Assembly (NCBI GenBank): GCA_964455165.1
Contig: CAYVXP010000001.1
Coordinates: 1-30,477 of the forward strand
DNA length: 30,477 nt
Origin: an uncultured Gammaproteobacteria bacterium
GTDB taxonomy: Bacteria; Patescibacteriota; Patescibacteriia; UBA1558; GWA2-36-10
Direction of reading: 5' to 3'
The notes under the pieces were generated by a model. The model was not told where the DNA came from. It did no database searches and saw only the letters and a list, made by a program, of their open reading frames with translations. Below, piece by piece: positions 16,192-25,065 of this stretch. The position numbers were made by a program, and so were the translations under genes. Each line of letters starts with the position of its first letter. Positions within the stretch are counted from its first letter, which is position 1.

Positions 16192-17376
16192 TTACTCTTT
16201 AGGAGTTTCAGTAACAGGAGCCTCTACAGCTTCTTCTGTTTTTTCAGCAACTTTTTCTTCCTTTTCCTCTTTGGCTTTTTTTGGTCCTTTGAGAGATAGA
16301 CCTAGACGGTGGTTTTCTGGCTCAATACTCAAGATAGTGAAGTCATAGTTTTCACCGACTTTGATAGCGGCTTCTGGTGAGTTGATTTTTTTGTCACTCA
16401 ATTCAGAAATATGGACTAAACCATGAATATCATGATCCAGCTCCACAAAAGCACCAAAAGGATTGACCTTCAATACTTTGCCTCGGACTTTATCATTGAT
16501 CTTGTACTTTTCTTGCACAGTAGTCCAAGGATCTTTTTGTAATTTTTTGATAGACAAAGAAATCTTAGTTTCTTCGATTTCGATAATTTCAGCTTCGACG
16601 ATGTCACCGACTTTGATGATGTCGCGTGGGTCATCGATTCTTTGCCAAGCTAGCTCAGAAATATGGACCAAGCCTTCTAGGCCATCGCCAAATTCCACAA
16701 AGGCACCAAAGTTCACTACGCCAGTGACCTTACCTTTGATCTTATCGCCAACTTTGAATTGGGAAACAACTTTTCTTTGCTTGTCATCCCAGGCAGCTTT
16801 TTCAGAAACAATCAATTTTTCGTCTTTTTCATTGACATCAATAATCTTGGTTTTTAGTAATTGATTGGTAAAGCTCTTGAGGTGAGTCAATATTTTATTC
16901 TTGTCGCCACCTTCGATACGAGGATAGTGCTCGATGGTCAACTGGGACACTGGTAAGAAACCAATGACATTACCAATTTTGATCATCAAACCACCTTTAT
17001 TAGCATCGATGACTTTGGAGTCAACGATTTTACCTTCTTTGTATAGCTTCTCGAGATTATCCCAGGCTTTTTTATGGCCAGCTTCACGCAAGGATAATTC
17101 CATGTAGCCGTTTTCATTGTCTAGTCCGACAACAGTAGCCTGAGCTACATCACCGATTTTCAAATTGGAAAACTCAGTGGATTCATCGTAGATTTCACGG
17201 CCACGAATAATACCGGTAGTGATACCGGCTAAGTCTAAGTAAATCTCATTTTTTGAGAGACTGATTACAGTACCTTCAACCAAATCGCCAACTTTTGGAA
17301 CCTTTATTGCGTCTGTTTTTTGCAATAAGATATCCATTGGGTGGTCAGAAACTACTGCGGGTTTTTTGCTTGTCAT
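16192..17376 (-). CDS. rpsA: 30S ribosomal protein S1 (four S1 domains)
   Basis: Repeated G.V......FGAFVE....(L/I)(E/H)GLVHISEL S1 motifs; DANKGGL...GFLPVSQL. Confidence 0.92.
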   Translation of the reverse strand: MTSKKPAVVSDHPMDILLQKTDAIKVPKVGDLVEGTVISLSKNEIYLDLAGITTGIIRGREIYDESTEFSNLKIGDVAQATVVGLDNENGYMELSLREAGHKKAWDNLEKLYKEGKIVDSKVIDANKGGLMIKIGNVIGFLPVSQLTIEHYPRIEGGDKNKILTHLKSFTNQLLKTKIIDVNEKDEKLIVSEKAAWDDKQRKVVSQFKVGDKIKGKVTGVVNFGAFVEFGDGLEGLVHISELAWQRIDDPRDIIKVGDIVEAEIIEIEETKISLSIKKLQKDPWTTVQEKYKINDKVRGKVLKVNPFGAFVELDHDIHGLVHISELSDKKINSPEAAIKVGENYDFTILSIEPENHRLGLSLKGPKKAKEEKEEKVAEKTEEAVEAPVTETPKE

Positions 17377-17640
17377 TTAATTATTAAATGGTTAACCTAC
17401 AGCTTGCGCCATAAGTTCTTGAAAGGTCAGCAAATATTAGCCATTCAAGATGCTTGTTAATAAAATAAGTTGCTTCATATTAACATAAACTGTTAAAAAA
17501 ATCAAGGGGTCTAGGCAAGCACCAAAAAGAGGCTTTTTTGTCTGAAAAAAGGCTTATTTTTAGCCATTTTTCGAGTTTACTTTTATCAAAAATCATGTTA
17601 AAATTATGAGGATTTAATAAGCTTAAATTGGTAAAAATCT

Positions 17641-18246
17641 ATGTATATTTCATGGTCCGGCTATAACTATTTTAAGATCCAAAATAGCCAGCACAGCATT
17701 GCTTTGAATCCCTATTCATTAGACAAAAATTTTAAATTCGGCAAAATCAAAGGCGATATTGCCATTTTTACTGATCCACAAAAAGTAGCTGATTGTAAAC
17801 TAGACGAAGGAGTGATGTTGATCGACAGTGCTGGTGAATATGAAGCCAAGGATATTTTTGTCTACGGACGCCAAGCCAATAATAATCTCATCTATCTTAT
17901 TATTTTTGAAGACGTACGCATTGCCTTTTTGGGTGAGTACGACGGACAAGCTTTGACTGACAAAGATTTGGAGCTGGTATCTGGTGCAGATATTTTGATT
18001 TTGCCAGTTGGTGGCACTGATATGGCCAATGCCAAGCAAGCCAATAGTGTCATCGGCCAGATCGAGCCACGTCTCGTCATACCGAGTGCCTACGAAGTAA
18101 AAGAATTAAAAAATAACGCTGACTCTCTGGATATATTTGTCAAAGAGTTTGGTGTCAAAGTAGAGGAATGTGACAAATTCAAAGTTACTAAGAAAGATTT
18201 GCCACAAGATGACGTGAAGTTGGTCGTGCTAAAACCACAATTATGA
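17641..18246 (+). CDS. MBL-fold (Lactamase_B_3-like) protein lacking recognisable metal ligands
   Basis: Family scaffold (I.W.G...F.I, GEYE, DILILPVGG, IEPR.VIP) is present but His/Asp ligands are substituted. Confidence 0.75.
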   Translation: MYISWSGYNYFKIQNSQHSIALNPYSLDKNFKFGKIKGDIAIFTDPQKVADCKLDEGVMLIDSAGEYEAKDIFVYGRQANNNLIYLIIFEDVRIAFLGEYDGQALTDKDLELVSGADILILPVGGTDMANAKQANSVIGQIEPRLVIPSAYEVKELKNNADSLDIFVKEFGVKVEECDKFKVTKKDLPQDDVKLVVLKPQL

Positions 18247-18599
18247 TAATTTTGCACAATAACAAAAATAAAATTTACTTAACATTTTTTTTGTCAGCGC
18301 TAGTCTTTATTGGACTGCTTATAGCTTGGGGGAAATTCGGTATTTCTTCACAAGCCTCTTCCAAAACAAAATCAGAAGTATCTGTCCAGTCTGGTGAAGC
18401 AAGTAGTTTGCTCAAAGATATCCAAAATACCGTAGAGCTCGGTCAAATCCAGTGGAATGAAGTACAAGAAAAAATAGCCAAGACTCAAAAACAACAAGAG
18501 TTGCTCGCAGCCGCCCGTGAATATTTAAATAACAAAGCATCAACAACGCCGACTAGTACGATAGTTTCGACTAGTACTGCTACTACAAGTATTAAATAG
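18243..18599 (+). CDS. Hypothetical single-TM protein with coiled-coil-like and Thr-rich C-terminus
   Basis: 118-aa ORF overlapping the upstream stop (ATGA); N-terminal hydrophobic helix. Confidence 0.7.
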   Translation: MIILHNNKNKIYLTFFLSALVFIGLLIAWGKFGISSQASSKTKSEVSVQSGEASSLLKDIQNTVELGQIQWNEVQEKIAKTQKQQELLAAAREYLNNKASTTPTSTIVSTSTATTSIK

Positions 18600-18603
18600 T
18601 TTT

Positions 18604-20424
18604 ATGCCAAAAGTAAAATCAAATTCTAACAAGGATAAAAATTTAGAGGAAAAAAATTTGACCATTCCAATCGATGATAATAATCGTGGTCACGTCGAAG
18701 AGCTTTCGCTAGCTGAAGAAATGCAGAGTTCCTATCTAGACTATGCCATGAGTGTCATAGTCTCTCGTGCTTTGCCTGATGTCAGAGATGGTTTGAAGCC
18801 AGTGCATCGCAGGATCTTGTATGCCATGTGGAGTGTTGGCTTGAGACACAATGTAAAATTCAGAAAGTCAGCGACCGTAGTCGGAGAAGTGATGGGTAAA
18901 TATCATCCTCATGGTGACTCGGCTATCTATGACACCATGGCTCGTATGGCTCAGGATTTTGCTATGCGCTATACCTTGGTCAATGGTCAAGGAAACTTCG
19001 GATCTATGGACGGTGATAGACCAGCGGCCATGCGTTATACTGAGGCCAAACTAGAAGCTTTAGCTGAGGAGTTATTATTTGATATTGATAAAAATACTGT
19101 TGACTTCATCCCCAACTACGATGGTTCTCACCAAGAGCCAAAAGTCTTGCCAGCCAAGCTACCAAACCTTTTGCTCAATGGTGCTACTGGTATTGCCGTC
19201 GGTATGTCGACTGCCATCCCACCACACAATCTAGGTGAGTTGATCGATGCTACTACTACTATCATCGACAATCCTGATGCCACAGTCGACGATCTATTGG
19301 AATTCGTCAAAGGACCAGACTACCCAACTGGCGGCGTGATCTACAGCGCCGAAGACATCAAGACTGTCTATGCCACTGGTCGCGGCGGTATCGTCTGTCG
19401 TGGTGAAGCGGAAATTACTGAGACCAAAGCTGGTCAATATCAGATCATCATCACTTCTATTCCTTTCCAAGTAAACAAAGCGACACTATTAGAAAAAATT
19501 GCCCTCCTAGTCAAAGATAAAAAAATTGATGGCATCAGAGATTTACGCGATGAGTCAGATCGTGATGGTGTCCGCGTAGTGATCGAGCTCAAGAAGGAAG
19601 CTTATCCAAAAAAAGTTTTAAATAATCTCTACAAACATACTCAACTCCAAGAAACTTTTCATGTAAACATGTTGGCTTTGATCGATGGCTTACAACCTCG
19701 TGTTTTGACTTTGAAAAATATCTTGGAAGAATATATCAAGCATCGTCAAGTAGTAGTCGTACGTCGTACGCAATTTGATTTGGATAAAGCTAAAGAGCGA
19801 GCACATATTTTGGAAGGTTTGAACATCGCTCTCGATAAGATCGATATGGTCATCAAGACTATCCGCGCTTCCAAAGATAAAGAAGTAGCCAAAGTCAATT
19901 TGATGACTAAATTTAAGTTATCTGAAAGACAAGCTTTAGCTATCTTAGAAATGCGTTTGCAGAACTTGGCTAACCTCGAGAGACTGAAGATTGAACAAGA
20001 GTTGAAAGATAAATTAAAACTTATCAAAGAGTTGATGGCTATTTTAAATAGTAAGTCTAGAGTCTTATCAATCATCAAAGATGAACTCAAAGATTTGCGT
20101 GATCGCTTTGCTGATGAGCGCCGTACTCGTGTCGTGAAGTCCGCCGTCAACAAGATGAACACCGAAGACTTGATTCCAAACGAATCCACTGTCATTACTT
20201 TGACTCACGATGGCTACATCAAACGTTTGTCACCAGAGATTTTTAAGACCCAAGGACGCGGTGGCAAGGGAGTGATCGGCCTGACGACCAAAGAGCAAGA
20301 CGAAGGACAGTTATTCTTGGAGACCAACACTCATGCTGATTTGATGTTTTTTACCTCAAAAGGCAGAGTTTTTCAGCTGAAGTGCCACCAATGTCTAGAA
20401 CCTCCAAGGGTCAAAATATTGTGA
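18604..20424 (+). CDS. gyrA: DNA gyrase subunit A, N-terminal part (breakage-reunion domain plus start of the CTD), frameshifted near 20381
   Basis: YLDYAMSVIVSRALPDVRDGLKPVHRR, YHPHGD, AAMRYTE, GyrA-box QGRGGKG. After GRVFQLK the frame becomes non-homologous and stops. Confidence 0.95.
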   Translation: MPKVKSNSNKDKNLEEKNLTIPIDDNNRGHVEELSLAEEMQSSYLDYAMSVIVSRALPDVRDGLKPVHRRILYAMWSVGLRHNVKFRKSATVVGEVMGKYHPHGDSAIYDTMARMAQDFAMRYTLVNGQGNFGSMDGDRPAAMRYTEAKLEALAEELLFDIDKNTVDFIPNYDGSHQEPKVLPAKLPNLLLNGATGIAVGMSTAIPPHNLGELIDATTTIIDNPDATVDDLLEFVKGPDYPTGGVIYSAEDIKTVYATGRGGIVCRGEAEITETKAGQYQIIITSIPFQVNKATLLEKIALLVKDKKIDGIRDLRDESDRDGVRVVIELKKEAYPKKVLNNLYKHTQLQETFHVNMLALIDGLQPRVLTLKNILEEYIKHRQVVVVRRTQFDLDKAKERAHILEGLNIALDKIDMVIKTIRASKDKEVAKVNLMTKFKLSERQALAILEMRLQNLANLERLKIEQELKDKLKLIKELMAILNSKSRVLSIIKDELKDLRDRFADERRTRVVKSAVNKMNTEDLIPNESTVITLTHDGYIKRLSPEIFKTQGRGGKGVIGLTTKEQDEGQLFLETNTHADLMFFTSKGRVFQLKCHQCLEPPRVKIL

Positions 20425-21110
20425 ATTTCCTACAGCTATCACCAGATGAGAAGATATCATCTATTTTGCAGAGCGAAGATTTCACAGCTTTCAAATATTT
20501 TGTCATGGTCACTCGTCTGGGTATCATCAAAAAAGTAGCTTTGGATCAATTTAATAATGTCCGTCGCTCTGGTCTGATTGCTATAAAGCTCAAAGGCGAC
20601 GATGCCTTGAATTGGGTCCAGCCATCTACGGGCAAAGACGAGATTATACTCGTGACAGCCAATGGTCAATCTATTCGCTTCAAAGAAAAAGATGTGCGTG
20701 ATATGGGACGCAACGCCGCTGGTGTGCGCTCAGTCCGCCTCAAGAAAAATGATGAGGTAGTTGGCTTTGATATCATTGCCGAAGGTAAGGTAGGCAAAGA
20801 AGAGCAATTATTTGTCATCATGTCTCATGGCTTTGGCAAGCGCACCGGACTATCAGCTTACAAGGTGCAGTCTCGTGGCGGCTCAGGTATCAAGACCGCT
20901 CAGATTAGTGCCAAGACCGGTACTATTGTCGGCGCTCGTATCATCAGCTCAAGAGTAGAAAGTGAAGATATCATTATCATCTCCAAAAAAGGCCAAGTCA
21001 TTAGACTGCCGATAAAAGCCGTTAGTATTCTTGGACGCGCTACTCAAGGTGTGAGATTGATGCGCTTCAAAGATGCTGACGACAAAGTATCAAACATCAC
21101 TTTTATATAA
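20382..21110 (+). CDS. gyrA: DNA gyrase subunit A, C-terminal beta-pinwheel part in the -1 frame
   Basis: VPPMSRTSKGQNIVNFL, NVRRSGLIAIKL, MGRNAAGVRSVRL, QSRGGSGIK, LGRATQGVRLM. Confidence 0.93.
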   Translation: MPPMSRTSKGQNIVNFLQLSPDEKISSILQSEDFTAFKYFVMVTRLGIIKKVALDQFNNVRRSGLIAIKLKGDDALNWVQPSTGKDEIILVTANGQSIRFKEKDVRDMGRNAAGVRSVRLKKNDEVVGFDIIAEGKVGKEEQLFVIMSHGFGKRTGLSAYKVQSRGGSGIKTAQISAKTGTIVGARIISSRVESEDIIIISKKGQVIRLPIKAVSILGRATQGVRLMRFKDADDKVSNITFI

Positions 21111-21126
21111 TAGTTTTTAAAAAAAT

Positions 21127-22512
21127 ATGTTAAATACCCAAAGGACAAAAATTTCAGATATTATCAAAGATTCTTTTGAGCCAAAAGAAGTGTCTGTCTA
21201 TGGCTGGATCAAAACTGTCCGCTCTAGTAAAAATTTATTTTTCATCGAGCTCAACGATGGTTCTTGTTTTGAGTCCTTGCAACTAGTCTTGGATGCAAGT
21301 TCGGCTAAGTCGGGCTTGGGAGAGGGAGACTTACTCACTGGCGTCTGCATCAGTGCCACTGGTGCTATAGTGTCTTCACCAGCTGTGGGTCAAAAAAAAG
21401 AAATGCAAGTCAAAGATTTGCAAATTGTCGGTCCAGTAGACGCAGAATATCCCATGCAAAAGAAAAGGCATACTATGGAGTTTTTACGCTCCTATCCACA
21501 CCTACGCGCCAAGACCAATACTTTTTATGCCGTCTTCAAGATGCGTTCAAAATTGGCTGCTGCTATACATAATTATTTTCAAAATAAAGATTTTGTCTAT
21601 CTGCATACACCTATCATCACCGTCAATGACTGTGAGGGTGGTAGCGAGGCTTTCCAAGTCACTAGTTTGAATCTGAACGATGTCAAAGACAAAGGCCTAG
21701 ACTATGCTAATGATTTTTTCAAACAGCCAGCCTTTTTGACTGTCAGTGGACAGCTCGAGGCTGAACCTTTTGCTTTGTCACACAATGCTGTCTATACTTT
21801 TGGTCCGACTTTTCGAGCTGATCCATCAGACACACCACGCCATGCGGCTGAGTTTTGGATGATGGAACCAGAAATGGCTTTTTATGATTTTGAAGATTTA
21901 TTAGATTTGATCGAAGACTTTATCAAGAGTGTCACAAGAGAGATCCAGGGTAGCTGTCCAACTGAAATAGAGTTTTTCCAAAAATATATTGAGCCAGATT
22001 TACAAAAGCGTTACGAGGCTATCCTCGATGGTAAATTTGAGCGCGTAGATTTTGCTGAAGTCATCGAGATACTCCAGAAGTCTGGTCAGAAGTTTGAGAA
22101 TCAACCAAAGTGGGGAGAAGATTTATTCATCGAGCATGAGCGCTACTTGGTGGATGAGTATTTCAAAAAACCAGTCCTCGTGACCAACTATCCAGAAAAT
22201 TTTAAATCTTTTTATATGCGCCTCAATGACGATGGTCGTTCAGTGGCTTGCGTCGATTTACTCTTACCAGGTATTGGTGAAGTAGTTGGCGGCTCGCAGA
22301 GAGAGGAACGCTATGATCATCTCAAGAAGCGTATGGAGCAAAAGAAAATGGACCCCAAACTATATGAGTGGTACCTAGAGACTCGTCGCTGGGGCTCAGC
22401 TCCACACTCAGGTTTTGGTCTAGGTTTTGAGCGCTTGGTCATGTATCTGACGGGCATGAAAAATGTCAAAGATGTCATCCCATATCCTCGTGCTGCTCGC
22501 AAAATTTATTAA
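21127..22512 (+). CDS. asnS: Asparagine--tRNA ligase
   Basis: FIELNDGS, YPHLRAKTN, FLTVSGQLEAE, YTFGPTFRADPSDTPRHAAEFWMMEPE, GEVVGGSQRE, PHSGFGLGFER. Confidence 0.96.
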   Translation: MLNTQRTKISDIIKDSFEPKEVSVYGWIKTVRSSKNLFFIELNDGSCFESLQLVLDASSAKSGLGEGDLLTGVCISATGAIVSSPAVGQKKEMQVKDLQIVGPVDAEYPMQKKRHTMEFLRSYPHLRAKTNTFYAVFKMRSKLAAAIHNYFQNKDFVYLHTPIITVNDCEGGSEAFQVTSLNLNDVKDKGLDYANDFFKQPAFLTVSGQLEAEPFALSHNAVYTFGPTFRADPSDTPRHAAEFWMMEPEMAFYDFEDLLDLIEDFIKSVTREIQGSCPTEIEFFQKYIEPDLQKRYEAILDGKFERVDFAEVIEILQKSGQKFENQPKWGEDLFIEHERYLVDEYFKKPVLVTNYPENFKSFYMRLNDDGRSVACVDLLLPGIGEVVGGSQREERYDHLKKRMEQKKMDPKLYEWYLETRRWGSAPHSGFGLGFERLVMYLTGMKNVKDVIPYPRAARKIY

Positions 22513-22533
22513 AAATATTTTATACATTAGCTG

Positions 22534-23547
22534 ATGAGCGAAAGAGTAATATCAGCGGTAGAGCAGAGCTCTGACAAAGTGCTGGATCTGACTTTACGGC
22601 CACAAAATTTGCAGGACTATATCGGCCAGAGTCAAGTCAAGGCCAATCTTGATATTGTCCTGCAGGCTGCTAAGGGTAGGAATGAGCCACTGGATCATGT
22701 CTTACTCTATGGTCCTCCAGGCTTGGGTAAGACTACCCTAGCTCATATCATAGCCCGTGAGATGGGAGCTGGTATCAAGGTCACCTCAGGACCAGCCATC
22801 ACCAAGGCTGGCGATCTGGCGGCTGTGATCACCAATCTCCAACCCGGTGATGTCCTCTTTATCGACGAAATACATCGCCTCAACAAAACCATCGAAGAAA
22901 TACTCTATCCAGCGATGGAGGATTTTGCTTTGGACATCATCCTAGGCAAAGGTCCGTCAGCGCAGATTTTGCGCCTAGACTTACCAAAGTTTACTTTGAT
23001 TGGGGCTACCACTAGGTACAATCTTTTGTCCTCACCGTTGCGTGATAGATTTGGTATGACTTTTCGTCTGGACTTCTATAGTCCCGAGGAGCTATCAGAT
23101 ATTTTGAAGCGCTCCAGTCAAATCCTAGGAGTGCCTATAGTACCAGAAGCAAGACAAGAGATTGCTTCTCGTAGTCGGGCTACTCCACGTATTGCCAATC
23201 GCGTGTTAAAACGCGTACGTGACTATGCTCAGGTCAAAGCTGATGGCAATATCTCACTAGATTTGACTAAAAAATCACTTGATCTCATGGCTATAGACCA
23301 ATACGGATTAGATGATCTAGATCGCAGATTGCTGAAAGTAATAATTGATAACTTCAAAGGCGGACCAGTGGGCCTCAATACTCTAGCCGCTGCTGTCCAA
23401 GAAGAAGCTGGTACTATAGAGGAGATCATCGAGCCCTATCTCATGCAGCTCGGCTTTTTGGCACGCACGGCCAAAGGCCGAGTGGCTACACCTCGGACTT
23501 ATGAATATTTTGGTCTCGCAGTCCCAGAAGATGGGAAGTTGTTTTAG
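22534..23547 (+). CDS. ruvB: Holliday junction branch migration helicase RuvB
   Basis: [48 protein letters not shown]. Confidence 0.98.
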   Translation: MSERVISAVEQSSDKVLDLTLRPQNLQDYIGQSQVKANLDIVLQAAKGRNEPLDHVLLYGPPGLGKTTLAHIIAREMGAGIKVTSGPAITKAGDLAAVITNLQPGDVLFIDEIHRLNKTIEEILYPAMEDFALDIILGKGPSAQILRLDLPKFTLIGATTRYNLLSSPLRDRFGMTFRLDFYSPEELSDILKRSSQILGVPIVPEARQEIASRSRATPRIANRVLKRVRDYAQVKADGNISLDLTKKSLDLMAIDQYGLDDLDRRLLKVIIDNFKGGPVGLNTLAAAVQEEAGTIEEIIEPYLMQLGFLARTAKGRVATPRTYEYFGLAVPEDGKLF

Positions 23548-23559
23548 ATATTTTTAAAT

Positions 23560-23613
23560 ATGCCAAAATCTCAAATACTTTTTATTCACGGCGTAGTTAT
23601 TTTAATAATATGA
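23560..23613 (+). pseudogene. Possible 17-aa N-terminal remnant of an alpha/beta hydrolase (MPKSQILFIHG...)
   Basis: Manual translation MPKSQILFIHGVVILII*; ILFIHG resembles hydrolase beta-strand 1; the stop overlaps the next ATG (ATGA). Confidence 0.4.
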
Positions 23614-23972
23614 AAAAATTAAACATTTTAAGAATAGTTGTTTTGTTGGCTTTGATAGTTTGGGTTTTGAAAGATAAAGAGTATAAAATTTTGCATCTAA
23701 GTAATTTTTCATTAAGCAACATGGCGGGCGATATTTTTTATCCCGTATTATTTATTTTATTGGGTTTGTTTATCTTATTGTACGCTATATTAGTCAGGCG
23801 TGATGATGGTTTTGCTAAGAAGATAGCCACAGGTACTAGTGAGGGTACCTTATGGAGTAAAATACTGGGAGTCGAAAGAACAGTGAAACTTTATCAATCT
23901 TTGGCCCCATCTTCTATTGTTATCTCAGTTGGAGTTATAATTTTTGGTATAGTATTATTTTTTATTTTATAA
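23610..23972 (+). CDS. Hypothetical membrane protein (about 3 TM)
   Basis: 120-aa hydrophobic ORF, visibly more AT-rich than ruvB. Confidence 0.7.
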   Translation: MKKLNILRIVVLLALIVWVLKDKEYKILHLSNFSLSNMAGDIFYPVLFILLGLFILLYAILVRRDDGFAKKIATGTSEGTLWSKILGVERTVKLYQSLAPSSIVISVGVIIFGIVLFFIL

Positions 23973-23975
23973 AAT

Positions 23976-24410
23976 ATGAAAAAGGGCTTTGATTATACGG
24001 GAGTCAGTATTAGCTACTTTTGTCACGACGGTAAAGGTAATTTTTTAATGGCTAAAAGGTCAAATAATTGTCGGGATGAACATGGTAGATGGGATCAGGG
24101 TGGAGGTGGTTTGGAGTTTGCCGACACGGTGCTAGGAACTTTGAAAAAAGAAATCCAGGAGGAATATTGTACAGATGTTTTGGCTTATGAGTTTTTAGGT
24201 TACCGTGATGTACATCGCGAGCATGAGGGACAAAAAACTCATTGGGTGGCTTTAGATTTTAAAGTATTGGTTGATAGAGAAAAAGTAAAAAATGGAGAGC
24301 CTCATAAATTTAATGATTTAGCTTGGTTTAATTTGGATAATTTACCTGAGCCACTACACTCACAGTTTCTTAATGCTTTGGCACTTTATAAAGATAAGTT
24401 ATTGCAATAA
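23976..24410 (+). CDS. NUDIX hydrolase
   Basis: Nudix-box-like GGGLEFADTVLGTLKKEIQEEY; GEPHKF..L.WF. Confidence 0.9.
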   Translation: MKKGFDYTGVSISYFCHDGKGNFLMAKRSNNCRDEHGRWDQGGGGLEFADTVLGTLKKEIQEEYCTDVLAYEFLGYRDVHREHEGQKTHWVALDFKVLVDREKVKNGEPHKFNDLAWFNLDNLPEPLHSQFLNALALYKDKLLQ

Positions 24411-24421
24411 TTTTTTAATTA

Positions 24422-24961
24422 ATGAAACCCAAATTACTTCTGCACGCTTGTTGCGCGCCTTGCTCAATCTATGTTTTACAAAAATTGTCCGCTGACTATC
24501 AGGTGACAATTTATTTTTACGATCCTAATATTCATCCAAGGGTAGAGTACAACAAGCGTCGTGATGAATTGAAAAAGTATGCCGATAAATTACAACTAGA
24601 TTTTATGGAGGGGCCATATGATAGCGCCCATTGGCTAGAGCGTACTAGAGGCCTAGAAAATGAGCCAGAAAAGGGTCAGCGTTGCGAAGTCTGTTTTGAT
24701 ATCCGCCTGGCCGAATCAGCTCGCTATGCCAAGGAACAGGGCTTTGATTATTGGGCTACTGTCCTATCAATCAGTCCACACAAGAGTGCCGAGCAAATCA
24801 ATAGGATAGGCACAAGGATTGCTGATATTGTGGGCTTGCCATTTATTACCGCTGATTGGAAGAAAAATGATGGCTTCAAAATAGCTAGTCAGATGTCTAA
24901 GGAGGAGAATTTTTATCGACAAGATTATTGTGGGTGTATTTATTCGAAGAATAATAAGTAA
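24422..24961 (+). CDS. queH: Epoxyqueuosine reductase QueH (DUF208)
   Basis: LLHACCAPCS, YDPNIHP, RCEVCF..RL, SPHK, YRQDYCGCIYS. Confidence 0.94.
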   Translation: MKPKLLLHACCAPCSIYVLQKLSADYQVTIYFYDPNIHPRVEYNKRRDELKKYADKLQLDFMEGPYDSAHWLERTRGLENEPEKGQRCEVCFDIRLAESARYAKEQGFDYWATVLSISPHKSAEQINRIGTRIADIVGLPFITADWKKNDGFKIASQMSKEENFYRQDYCGCIYSKNNK

Positions 24962-24963
24962 AC

Positions 24964-25057
24964 TTCTCGACTCTCCCTCTCCGCCTCCGCCAGTGGGCGG
25001 ATGGCGGATCGGGATCGCTCGAAGAAAAAAAGCCTTTTGTTCGAGCGAAGTCGAGAA
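24964..25057. repeat. Nested palindromic element between queH and queA
   Basis: Outer arms TTCTCGACT|TCGCTCGAA and TTCGAGCGAAGTCGAGAA. The left arm is split by a 42-nt insert (24973-25014) that holds TCCGCC.TCCGCC-AGTG-GGCGGA.GGCGGA. Confidence 0.85.
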
Positions 25058-25065
25058 CTAAATAT

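Noticed and set aside
20344-20382. Programmed -1 frameshift in gyrA
   Set aside because: No canonical X XXY YYZ site at the junction, and conserved residues appear to be missing, which slippage would not restore.
23560-24410. Integron cassette array for the two AT-rich genes after ruvB
   Set aside because: No attC-like inverted repeats, only 3 nt between the genes, and no integrase.
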